In this document: piece by piece, positions 30,738 through 48,661 of the stretch
How the letters are laid out: each line of letters starts with the position of its first letter
How positions within the stretch are numbered: the first letter of the stretch is position 1
Assembly: GCF_009914755.1 (NCBI RefSeq)
Contig: NC_060947.1
DNA: 64,000 nucleotides
Reading direction: 5' to 3' (one strand)
From: the human T2T-CHM13v2.0 reference genome, Homo sapiens
Position numbers and translations under genes: made by a program
Notes under the pieces: generated by a model
Databases searched by the model: none
Told to the model about the DNA's origin: nothing
Seen by the model: the letters and a program-made list of their open reading frames with translations, nothing else

Positions 30738-30870
30738 CTGCTTGAAGTGGCAGAAATAACAGATTGGATTAGCTGTATAATGAAAACACCACAGCGTTGC
30801 TGACTATGTATAAGTCTGTCTCCGTAGCTCAACTGGGGGCTTCTAGAGGGCAGAGACTCAGGGAGTTTTA

Positions 30871-31650
<780 letters not shown>

Positions 31651-31681
31651 TCAGCCTCCTCTCCCTGTCCTAGTCCCTCAC

Positions 31682-31781
31682 CTGAGCGGCTCTTGCTGTT
31701 AGTGAGGATGTCCTGCAGTCGCTCCTGCAGCTTATCTGCCCGTTTCCGCTCCAAATGCAGCTGCCGCTTGAGGTCCTTGAG
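31682..31781 (-). CDS. GRIPAP1: GRIPAP1 exon 21
   Basis: [33 protein letters not shown]; donor CAG|GTGAGG, phase 1. Confidence 0.93.
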
Positions 31782-31882
31782 CTGTGGGGGACAGGGGTAA
31801 CATGAGGACTGAGGCCCAGTGGGCCCATAGGAGGGAGGCTACAGGTAGGAGGGAGCCGTGCTTGGGCACCGCTCTGTCTTAC

Positions 31883-31939
31883 CGCAGCACTGCCCTTCTT
31901 CTCCAGGATCCTCTGCCCATCCACTGTGTCCTTCACCTC
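31883..31939 (-). CDS. GRIPAP1: GRIPAP1 exon 20
   Basis: [19 protein letters not shown]; donor GCG|GTAAGA. Confidence 0.93.
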
Positions 31940-32062
31940 CTGTGGGAGAAAGCAGGCATGGCTGGTAGATGCCGGAAGGGCTGCCTGAAGCATGCTCCCT
32001 CCCTGCCCCTCCTGTACGCTGAGGATCAGGGGTGTGTCTGGGGCTGTGCAGTGACCACTGAC

Positions 32063-32158
32063 CTGCTTCAGGCTGCTAATGGTCTTCAGGTGGCAGTCCC
32101 GCTCCTCCTGGGCCTGCTCGAGCTGATCCCGTACATCCTGTAGCTCCTCCTCCTTGCC
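32063..32158 (-). CDS. GRIPAP1: GRIPAP1 exon 19
   Basis: [32 protein letters not shown]; GT-AG. Confidence 0.93.
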
Positions 32159-32261
32159 CTGCAAAGCAGAAAGCAGCTTAGGCATTGGCTTGGGAAGCCT
32201 CTGTCCTCCCAGGAGGGCCCGTCACTGTCTGGAGAGAGGAACACCATCATGCGAGAGGCAC

Positions 32262-32339
32262 CTTCAGCTCGGCAGCGTGCTGCTCCCGACACTGCTTGAG
32301 GGCTTCCTCTTGTTCCTGCTGCTGCTGCTGCAGGGATTC
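32262..32339 (-). CDS. GRIPAP1: GRIPAP1 exon 18
   Basis: ESLQQQQQEQEEALKQCREQHAAELK; GT-AG. Confidence 0.92.
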
Positions 32340-32559
32340 CTACAAGACAAGTCCCAGGTCTGGCCACAGCCCCCCAGAAGGTATCATGCCCAGTTAGGGG
32401 TATGAGGGACTGCAATGGGGGCCCAGAGGTATGCAGAAATGACCCTCCTGCAGGGAACCCCACACGCCCTTAGGCAATATGCTGAAGTGTCACATCTAAA
32501 GTTGCACCATTCGCATGGTTGACTTAGATTTGCATTTACATTTTATTTTATTTAACAAA

Positions 32560-33141
32560 ACATAGCGCTTACTACATGCCAAGAATGTTCTAAGAGTTTT
32601 ACATATATTAACTCATTTTCTATAATCCTCCCGTAATACCTAGATGGTAGATATTATTGTTACCCCCTTTTTACCATTGATGAAAACAGGCCACAGAGAG
32701 GTCAGATAACTTGCCCAAGGTCACACAGCTAGGAAATGGCCCAGCCAGGATTCAAACCTAGACAAACAACTGGCTCCAGCCTGTGCTCTTCACTGCTACA
32801 TGACAATGCCTTTCAGTGTATTATGAGATTTCCAGAAAATGGCAACAAAGGTTCTTTTTCCGAGACAGAGTCTCACTCCGTCACCCAGGCTGGAGTACAG
32901 TACACGATATCAGCTCACTGCGACCTCTGCCTCCTGGGTTCAAGTGATTCTTCTGCCTCAGCCTCCTGAGTAGCTGGAATTACAGGCGCCAGCCACCATG
33001 CCCGGCTAATTTTTGTATTTTTAGTAGAGACAGGGTTTCACCATGTTGGCCAGGCTGGTCTTGAACTCCTGACCTCAAGTGATCCGCCCACCTCGGCCTT
33101 CCAAAGTGCTGAGATTACAGGCGTGAGCCACCGCACCCAGC
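32560..33141 (-). mobile_element. MIR (about 32560-32790) and Alu (about 32855-33141)
   Basis: MIR ACTTGCCCAAGGTCACACAGCTA; antisense Alu. Confidence 0.8.
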
Positions 33142-33445
33142 AGGTTCTTGTTCAATAACATCAGTGTATTGCATTAATTTCCTGACAGAAGTACAGTTTC
33201 AGGAGAAAGAGGTGCCTTTCCAAATTTGCACAAAGGCAGGGCAGCCTTAACACGTGACAGTCTGTCCTATCTGATGGCCATCCCCTGATCCACTCCAGAG
33301 GGCTGCTATTGAGCCAGGGGACTGTGGGGATATCCCTAAGTCCAGAAAATCTCGGGAAGTTCCAGGGCCTGACCACTCCTGCTTCTGTGGTTTGACATGA
33401 GGGCCCCAATCAGCCTCTGTTCCTCACCAGGCATCACCAACTCAC

Positions 33446-33559
33446 CTCGGCTTCCTTCAAGCGCCGTTCAAACCAGCCCTTGGCTCCATCCATGGAATGT
33501 ACCTGAGCTTGAAGTTCTTCCACTGTCTGCTGGAGAGTCTCCAGCTCCCGTGTCCGGGC
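33446..33559 (-). CDS. GRIPAP1: GRIPAP1 exon 17
   Basis: [38 protein letters not shown]; donor GAG|GTGAGT. Confidence 0.93.
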
Positions 33560-33694
33560 CTGGGATGGGGCAGACTGTCATGGGCCAGGAAGGCAGAGGA
33601 GCGGGCACCTGATGCATGCCACCCACTGGCCTATCAGCAACGCTGTGGTTCCCAGGTTTTAGAGGAAGAAGGGCATCATCATCTACCCACCCAC

Positions 33695-33907
33695 CTTCTC
33701 CTCCCGGATCTGCCCACGGAGCTCCTCCTCCTGACGCTTCTTGTCTTCATGCAGCTCTCGGAGCTCACGCTCATAGCGGGCACGCACCCCCAGCACCTCC
33801 TTCTCATGCCGTAGACGAACTGCTCCCAGCTCTTCCTTGTGCTGGGACTTCTCTTGCAGCGTTTCCATTGCTAGCTCATCCAGCATGGCCTTCCGCTTCT
33901 CCGCACT
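33695..33907 (-). CDS. GRIPAP1: GRIPAP1 exon 16
   Basis: [20 protein letters not shown]...[12 protein letters not shown]; GT-AG. Confidence 0.94.
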
Positions 33908-34241
33908 CTGGGGGCCAGGACGATGGCAGTCAACTTCCTTCCACAACATCGAAAAAAGGCCTCCAACCCTCTTCCCATGCCCAAGGAACTAGCCAAACTC
34001 CACTCCCTCCCATCCCCACTGAACTGGCTAAGGCACTCACCCATCCTTATAGAACTGGTCACTTTCTTTCTTTCCCCTCCCACTCTCATGGATTTGGCCA
34101 AGAAACTGGTCAACCAGAAACCAGTCAATTTTCCTTTCCCTCCTATCCCCACATGTTTGGTTATATCACCTCCTCCCATCCCCATGGACTGAGCCAATTC
34201 CTACCCCCCATCCTCTCCCTTCAACCCTCATGTTCCCCTAC

Positions 34242-34337
34242 CTTCCGAGCCTCCTGTAATTCCTGGGTCAACTGCTCCTTCTCCTGCCCTATTTCTTGAA
34301 GTTGTTCCAGCAGTCGACTATTGGCCCGTAATGACTC
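34242..34337 (-). CDS. GRIPAP1: GRIPAP1 exon 15
   Basis: [32 protein letters not shown]; GT-AG. Confidence 0.93.
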
Positions 34338-34469
34338 CTAATGCAGACACCAAAGGGAAAGAGTTTGATAAAGAGCATCCAGTAGGTGCTAGTCACCCAG
34401 GACCATCTGGTAGACCATCTCCCTTCTCCCTGGTAAAGTTGGTATTGTGATCTCAATTTCTGGATAGGA

Positions 34470-35520
<1,051 letters not shown>

Positions 35521-35735
35521 AAATGAAAAAGAATTGATATCCTAACTAACTGAAGAGGCTCAGTTTCAGAGAAGTGAAATGACTTGTCCCAGAACACACA
35601 GGTGCTAATAAGTTAGGGAGCCAGACTGGAACCTAGGTCCTCCTGACTCCAGTCTTCCCACTCCACCTTACTGGGGACTTCACTGGGCCATTACTAGGGA
35701 ACTAGGAAGAGACAGGCCAGAGCCAAAGGTGTTAC

Positions 35736-35870
35736 CTGGAGCTGGGAGTTGAGGTCATCTTTCTGTCCCATAAGGTCCTCGTACTCAGCCTGCTGCTGCT
35801 GCAACTCAGCTGCCAGCCCAGTGGTCTGTTCCCGGAGCATATTCAGTTCTTGGGTCTTTGCTGTTTGGAT
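35736..35870 (-). CDS. GRIPAP1: GRIPAP1 exon 14
   Basis: [45 protein letters not shown]; GT-AG. Confidence 0.93.
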
Positions 35871-36009
35871 CTGGAGAAAGTAGTGGTGATGAGAAGTAGA
35901 GTGAAAGGGACCCCAGGGGCCAGGGACAGGGTATGAGCCCCCTAGTTCCAGGGAAACAGGGAGGGAGGTGGGAAGAGAACCAGGAAGAGAGAGGAAATTT
36001 CAAACAGAA

Positions 36010-38047
<2,038 letters not shown>

Positions 38048-38253
38048 AATAAAATTTTTAAAAGTTAAAAAAAAAAAAAAGTAGGGATGGATGGCCAGAG
38101 AGAAGAGGGCTGGACGCCAACAGAAAGGAGCAACAGAAACAAAGACAGGAGAACAGCATGGGGTCCAGACCACCCTACCCTGATGTGGACCAGAAGCAGA
38201 TGGAGATGGGGGAACTGGAGAGGGATCAGCAAGGGCCCCCAGGTGTTCTTTAC

Positions 38254-38346
38254 CTGCTCCAGGGCAGCCAGGCTAGTCCTCAAGGCATTGTTCTCAGCCA
38301 AAAGCCCTTCCACTTGTTCCTGTGCATCTGCACTCTGGATGGATAC
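38254..38346 (-). CDS. GRIPAP1: GRIPAP1 exon 13
   Basis: [31 protein letters not shown]; weak acceptor GTGGGGCCAG|; donor CAG|GTAAAG. Confidence 0.88.
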
Positions 38347-38421
38347 CTGGCCCCACGTCCACAGCAGGTGAGAGTGGGTCCAGAACAGGGGGACAGGACC
38401 TACCCACGACCAAGAAAGAAA

Positions 38422-38423
<2 letters not shown>

Positions 38424-38491
<68 letters not shown>
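38424..38491. repeat. (AC)34 microsatellite (UG repeat on the GRIPAP1 transcript)
   Basis: Read directly. Confidence 0.97.
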
Positions 38492-38493
<2 letters not shown>

Positions 38494-38601
38494 AGGCCTG
38501 GGGGAAGCAGGATCCCTGGGACCTTGCCTGACTATGTAGTACCCACTCAGGCTGCCCCCATCCTGAACCCCAGCTCCCTGAGCCCACGCAGTACAATATA
38601 C

Positions 38602-38679
38602 CTGATCTTGTAGGGCCCGCAAAGCTGCTGCATGTTCCAGGCGCTCCCCCTGCCGCTGATCTCTCAGCTCTGCCAAGCT
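38602..38679 (-). CDS. GRIPAP1: GRIPAP1 exon 12
   Basis: [26 protein letters not shown]; donor CAG|GTATAT. Confidence 0.92.
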
Positions 38680-38779
38680 CTGTGGAGACCAGGGGAGCCC
38701 ATTTTACACCTCAGCCTCTCCTGGGGTGCATATAACCGTACAGACTCTCTGTTTGACCACCCAGCAGCATGTTCTCAGC

Positions 38780-40080
38780 ACCTGTGGGTCTCAGACTATC
38801 CAGCCAACAGCAATCTCAGGTTCACCCAGACGCCAGGTCACTACCCTCAGGGGCCTCAGACACAGTCAACCCCTCTATCCCAGCGTACAAGATCTCAGGC
38901 ACGACTAGACTCCTGGCCCTAGCTGCTACGCGGTTCAAACTCACTCAGCTCCCATCCATAAGAAGTCTCATACTCACCCAGATTCTAGCTTGGGAGCTCC
39001 AGGATTCTCAGACACAGTCAGCCCCATGGATCTCAGATGTAGTCAGCACCCAAGGATGACAGTTTCACCCAGCCTCCCAATCCCAACCACCAGGGGTTTC
39101 AGACACACTCATCTCCCACGTCCCTACTTCCCAGGTGAGATCCACCCAAACTCATAGTCCCAGATCCTAGAGGTCTCAAACTCACAACCTCCTAGTTTCC
39201 AGGTCCTGGTGAACTCTCAGACTGACCCCTTCACCTGTCACTCTGCTCCCCAGTCTCTTGGAATCTTCAGACCCAGTTAACCACCAGTTCCTGGGGGTCT
39301 CAGCTTTACCCAGACTCCCGTCTCAGACCCCATGTTCCCAGTTTCTAGGGACTTCAGAACCACAAGCCACCATATCCTCCATTCCAAGGGACCTCAGACT
39401 CACCTTTTCTAGAAGGAAACCCAGAGGCTTCAGAACCATCCAGCCCCCAGTCCTCAGGAGCCTCAGACCCACCTAAACTTCTGCTCCAGCCCCTGGAGGT
39501 CTCAGACTGACCAGCTTTTTGTTCACAGCCCTCAAGGATCTCAGGACTACCTAGCCCATATGATCCCACTTCCTAGGTGTCTTAGGCCCAAGCCAGCGCC
39601 CAGATCCTGAGGATCTCAAATGCACTCAGCCTTCAGCCCCAACTATCTCACCCTTGAAAGTTGTATATCTACCCAGCCATGTCCTCAGCCCTTGGGAGTC
39701 CCAAATTTACTGACATCCCAGCCCCTAAAGATTTCAAAGTCACCCAGCACCCAGGGAGTTCAGACTTACCCCAGTTCCTGGTCCTAGGCCCTAGTGACCA
39801 CAGATTCATCCAGACTGTGGTCTCAAACCTCCAGGAGTTTCAGATTTACACAAACTTATAGCACACAGCCCCCTAAGTCCTTAGCCCCCTGAGATCTTAC
39901 ACTCATGAAGACTCCTATAACAATTCCTAGGGCTCTCCAATTCCCATTTTCCTAGCTCCTGGGGGGCCCCAGAACCCATTTCCAACACAGGAAATCTCAG
40001 ACTCCCCAGCCAGCCTCCATGGACCTCAGACCTCTCCAGGCTCCCAGTCCTGGCCCCTACCCCAGGGATCTCAGAACCCA
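38780..40080. repeat. Degenerate tandem array filling GRIPAP1 intron 11 (core RGGRTCTCAGACWCAYCC, roughly 35-45 bp spacing)
   Basis: Copies at about 38786, 38850, 38890, 38962, 39001, 39028, 39092, 39170, 39211, 39293, 39348, 39388, 39424, 39457, 39495, 39535, 39609, 39755, 39992, 40021, 40064. Confidence 0.75.
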
Positions 40081-40091
40081 GTCCCCATCAC

Positions 40092-40191
40092 CTGATTGGC
40101 AGCCTCAAGTTCCTGCTGCAGCTTCTGGGTTCGAGCCAACTGGGCTTTGTGATCAGCTTCCTTCCGTTGTTGTAATTCCTCAATCTTGTTC
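40092..40191 (-). CDS. GRIPAP1: GRIPAP1 exon 11
   Basis: [33 protein letters not shown]; donor CAG|GTGATG. Confidence 0.93.
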
Positions 40192-40315
40192 CTAGGAGTG
40201 ATGGGGAGGGGGTGTGTTGGACATGGCTTGAGGCCCAGTCTCCTAGCTCTGCCCCTGTAATCTTCACTGGGCACTGTCCCAATTGTCCACCAATACCCGC
40301 AAATCTGGCAGTTAC

Positions 40316-40363
40316 CTGCTGTCATTAAACAGAGTCTCCTTTTCTGTCTGCAGACGGCAAAAA
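40316..40363 (-). CDS. GRIPAP1: GRIPAP1 exon 10
   Basis: [16 protein letters not shown]; GT-AG, 48 nt. Confidence 0.9.
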
Positions 40364-40452
40364 CTGGGCACAGAAGGACAGATGTAGATGGGTCAGTTCC
40401 GTAAGTTAATTCCCCCCTCGGCCCCCAGTACCCTTGGGAAAAAGAAATTTAC

Positions 40453-40484
40453 CTTTCTTGTTTCTTTTTCAGTTTCTCGGAGAG
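40453..40484 (-). CDS. GRIPAP1: GRIPAP1 exon 9 (32 nt)
   Basis: LSEKLKKKQES; acceptor CCCCAG|, donor AAG|GTAAAT. Confidence 0.9.
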
Positions 40485-41165
40485 CTGGGGAGAGAGGTAC
40501 AGACAAGTGATAACATTGAGAATAATATAAAGACAAACCTAAAATTAATAAATATAGACACTTCTTATTAAGTCATTTTTGGAAGCCAGGATTTACTTAT
40601 GTTGTCTTGTGGAATCCTCAAAATAGCCCTGACAAGTGAGTAGTACCAGTTTTACAAATGGGGAAACAGAGTCTTGGAAAGGTTAAGTAATTTGGTTGCT
40701 CAGCGGGTCAGCAACAACAATATTATCTCCACCCAGATCCTTCAGGTTCCAAAGCCCGGTATTTATGCTCCCAACATAGTGGCCAATGGCCATGTTATAG
40801 ATTGGCTAGGCTGGGAGGCCTGGAAAGCAGGATATCATGACTGGGTGCCGCACCCCTGGGTCTCCAGGTCCTAAGATAAGAGCCAGGAGTCTGTAAATGC
40901 TTGCATGAATGAATGAATGAGTGAATGGGCAAAGCTGAGAGATGGATGGGATGAAACTTATCATGCACAAGATATAGTGGGACCACATTAACTCATTCCA
41001 TACTGAAAGTAACTCTGAGACATAGGTGTGAGTCTCTCCATTTCACAGATGATGAAACCTAGGCTTTGATGGGGTACAATGCCCCTTCTGCCCTAGGATT
41101 GGGAATGGAATGGGAAAGAATCCAGCAGATTGGGAGCAGAATGGGAAAGAGCCAAGCAGCCGCAC

Positions 41166-41213
41166 CTTAGCAAGTTCCTCCTGCAGCCTGGATGTTTCGG
41201 CCTGCTTTGAGCT
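41166..41213 (-). CDS. GRIPAP1: GRIPAP1 exon 8
   Basis: SSKQAETSRLQEELAK; GT-AG. Confidence 0.9.
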
Positions 41214-41406
41214 CTGCAGGGAAGGATGAGGGATGGGAGGGTTGTTGTTAGCAAGGACAAGGAGAAGCCTTCCCCTGCCCTCCTGCCTCCCTCACCCCAT
41301 CAGCCCACAAGATGGTGATGTCACAGCCATCTCCGTGGGACTATAGACAGAGGTAGAACATCTGCCCTGCCTTCTGGCATTCCAGCTCCAACAGACTCAG
41401 ATTCAC

Positions 41407-41591
41407 CTCTAAGCCTTGCAGCTGTTCCCAGAGCAATCTCTTCTCCTCTTTCTCCATTTCCCATTTCAGCTCCACCTCTGCCAACGGCATGGGGGCCAGG
41501 ACGGTGGGGGCCGGGCCCCCTGGGGGATCCCCCTGGCCCTCACTGACAGCTGAGAACTTCCCGGCCTCTTTCCCATAGCGTTCCTGCAGGG
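41407..41591 (-). CDS. GRIPAP1: GRIPAP1 exon 7
   Basis: [62 protein letters not shown]; GT-AG. Confidence 0.93.
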
Positions 41592-41617
41592 CTGGTGAGT
41601 AGAACAGGGATATATGA

Positions 41618-43600
<1,983 letters not shown>

Positions 43601-43908
43601 GCAAATATCTCCTTTTTGACATTCAAGCTGCTAATCTGTAACATCTGCTAGGTACCAGACACTGAACTAATGCAGAATGATATCACCTTTTATCTCTACT
43701 ACAATCTTCTGGGTGACAGACATCACTACATGCACTGTGTAGATGATAAGGCTTTGGCTCAGAGAGGTGAAATGGCTTGTCCAAAGCCACACAGGGCATG
43801 GGCCAACCCTATTTCTGAAGCCCTTCTCCTTCCCCTGAGAGGATGACGGCCTTCCTTGCCCTACTCAAGCCCCAATGTCTCCGCATCCCCAGGAGGGCCT
43901 CTATGCAC

Positions 43909-44059
43909 CTGCCACGTTCTTCTGCAAGGCTGTGTTTTCAGCCTGTAGCCTCAGCAGCTCCCCATCCACGAGGGGCCCAGCTTGGGCAACCCCTGCTCCT
44001 GCAGCCCCCTCCTTCAGTTGCTGGTTCTCTTGCTCCAGCTGTTCCATCTGGCTGCAGAG
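43909..44059 (-). CDS. GRIPAP1: GRIPAP1 exon 6
   Basis: [50 protein letters not shown]; GT-AG. Confidence 0.93.
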
Positions 44060-44694
44060 CTGAACAGAGGAAGAGAAGGGGCAGAGAAGCAGAGAATCAG
44101 AGCAGTATTTGCTGAAACCTACATAGCATTTGTCCATGTACTTTACAATTCACTTAATTCCCATAATGACCCTATGATATAGGTGCCCTCCCACTTTACA
44201 AATAAGGACATTGAGGCACAGAGATGTTAAACAAGTTCAAATTCACACATCTTTTAAGTGGCAGAGTCAGAGAATACCAAGAGCATACCAAGTATGAGGA
44301 CACCAAAAACCATTTTCCTCTTCCTACTCCCAACCTCAGAGATGCAATCCAAGACCTCAGGCTCCTCTGGAAGTTGTTAGTGCTACAGACAGCCTCACTG
44401 CAACCCCTCTTCTGTGGAGGGCTGGATCCTGGGCCCAGAGATAGCTCCCTCTCATCCTAAGCACCACAAAGAGCTCGCAGGGCATTTCCAGGGCCAACAC
44501 TGATGACAGCTCCTGCATTGCCAGCCGTTAGTCTTGGAGAGGTATACAATGCCAATACAACTAAGCCAGCCCCCTGCCCAACTCCTGGCTGAAGTACACT
44601 TCTCAAAGCAGTCCTGAGAAAATTCCTTGTCCCCATTTTCAGATGAGAATATCGAGGCCTACAGAGAATTTTTATTTTATTGCCTGCAATATTT

Positions 44695-47165
<2,471 letters not shown>

Positions 47166-47608
47166 CTAAAAACATAGACAATTATCAACTGTGGATACAG
47201 AAGATAGATGAGGGAACAAAAGACAATGTCTCCAACTGCCCAGTAGATTTAGAAACAGACAGGACACTAAAATCAATGGGGAGATAGAATTAGTAGCTCC
47301 AGGATGAATTATCTGGAAGAGGTAGAACCCCAGGCTCATGTCAGATGAAGAGAAGAAAGAGAAAAGGGAAGAAGCTCGAACACTTTTCCATCCTATATTA
47401 AGCATAAGAACTCTGCCTAAAACCCCCCAACACCTTGGAGCACCACAGCATCAACCCCACATTATACACATGGAGACTTGAAGCTCAAATAAAAGGAGTG
47501 ACTTGGCCAGGAACCAGGTGACCTCAGGGCTCAAAGCCTTCTAATCCCAGCAGAGTGAGCGGCCCCATCTGTCAAATTACTGCCCCCCAGCAGCAATCCA
47601 GGACCTGT

Positions 47609-47629
47609 TTCAGCACCACGGACAGTGCT
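47609..47629 (+). promoter_or_regulatory. REST/NRSF binding site (RE1/NRSE)
   Basis: TTCAGCACCACGGACAGTGCT versus consensus TTCAGCACCACGGACAGCGCC: 19/21, first 17 bases identical. Confidence 0.88.
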
Positions 47630-47730
47630 CCAGGGCCAGACCCTGTCCAATCACTCTCTGCCGCTGTTAGGTTTCAGCCCAGATGACCCCTACCCCTCAT
47701 TTCCCCTTTGACTATCCCAGGCACCAGCAC

Positions 47731-47838
47731 CTTGCTGAACTCGGCCATTAGTGTGCTGTTCTGCAAACGGAAGTCCTCCTCCTGGCTGTGCAGCTTTGCC
47801 TGCAGCATCTCATTTTCACTCAGCAATACCTCGACTTC
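47731..47838 (-). CDS. GRIPAP1: GRIPAP1 exon 5
   Basis: [36 protein letters not shown]; 108 nt, phase 0/0. Confidence 0.94.
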
Positions 47839-47869
47839 CTGCAGTGGCAGACAAGGGCCAGGACTCCAG

Positions 47870-48520
47870 CAAGGGCAAAAAGGATAGGGAGGTAGGGCAA
47901 AGAAACAGAGAGAGGGAGAAAATGACATGGGTGGGAGAGGACATAGGGTACAGAGAATGAGGTGATATAGGAGAAAGAGACATGGGGAGGGATAAAATGA
48001 GAGACAGGGAAAGGAAGATAAAGACATGGGAAGGTAGAGAGAAGGGAATACAGGGAGGAAGAGAGCGGAGGAAAAGACAGGAAGATAATGATTGGGGAGA
48101 GAGGAAGTAGAGATGGGGAAAGGGGGAGAGATAGAAAAGGGGAGAGGGATTGGGAGGGAGAGAGTGAAAAAGACGGAGAGAAGAACAAACAGAAATCAAC
48201 AGGGAGAGAACAGAACAGGGAGAAGAGGAGGGGTCAGGAAAAGAAATGAGTTAGGAAGAGAGAGGAATGGGGTGGAAGAAACAAGGAGTTAGAGAGAGAA
48301 AGCAGAAAAAAGAGAAATCACCGAGACAGGAACAGGAGGGGGAGAGACAAAGAGAAGATTGGGAAGAGAAATGAGTCAGAGAGACAGGAACAGGAAAACA
48401 GACAGAGACAGAAAGAGACTCAGAGAAAAGAATGGAAAGAGAGAGAAGGAAAGAGACACAGAGTTAGGACAAATACAGGGAAACAAGGACAGATACAGCA
48501 ACACATGGCAGTGAGGTAGT
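47870..48520. repeat. GA-rich polypurine low-complexity tract (CU-rich on the transcript)
   Basis: Read directly; similar tracts at about 26090-26335 and 31365-31600. Confidence 0.85.
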
Positions 48521-48634
48521 AGCAGATGTAAAGGCACACAAAGAAAGAAAGGCCAGTACAAGGAAATATCAGCATACAGAAATAGCCCACCAAGACATCT
48601 CCCAGTCACACTCACCCACAAGGGATCCCCTTAC

Positions 48635-48661
48635 CTGAGCTTTCTTGCTCTTGCTCAGTGC
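48635..48661 (-). CDS. GRIPAP1: GRIPAP1 exon 4 (27-nt microexon)
   Basis: CACTTTAG|GCA...GCTCAG|GTAAGG; ALSKSKKAQ. Confidence 0.9.

Noticed and set aside
38780-40080. CRISPR-like repeat-spacer array
   Set aside because: Units are highly diverged with irregular spacing, there are no cas genes, and the context is a mammalian intron
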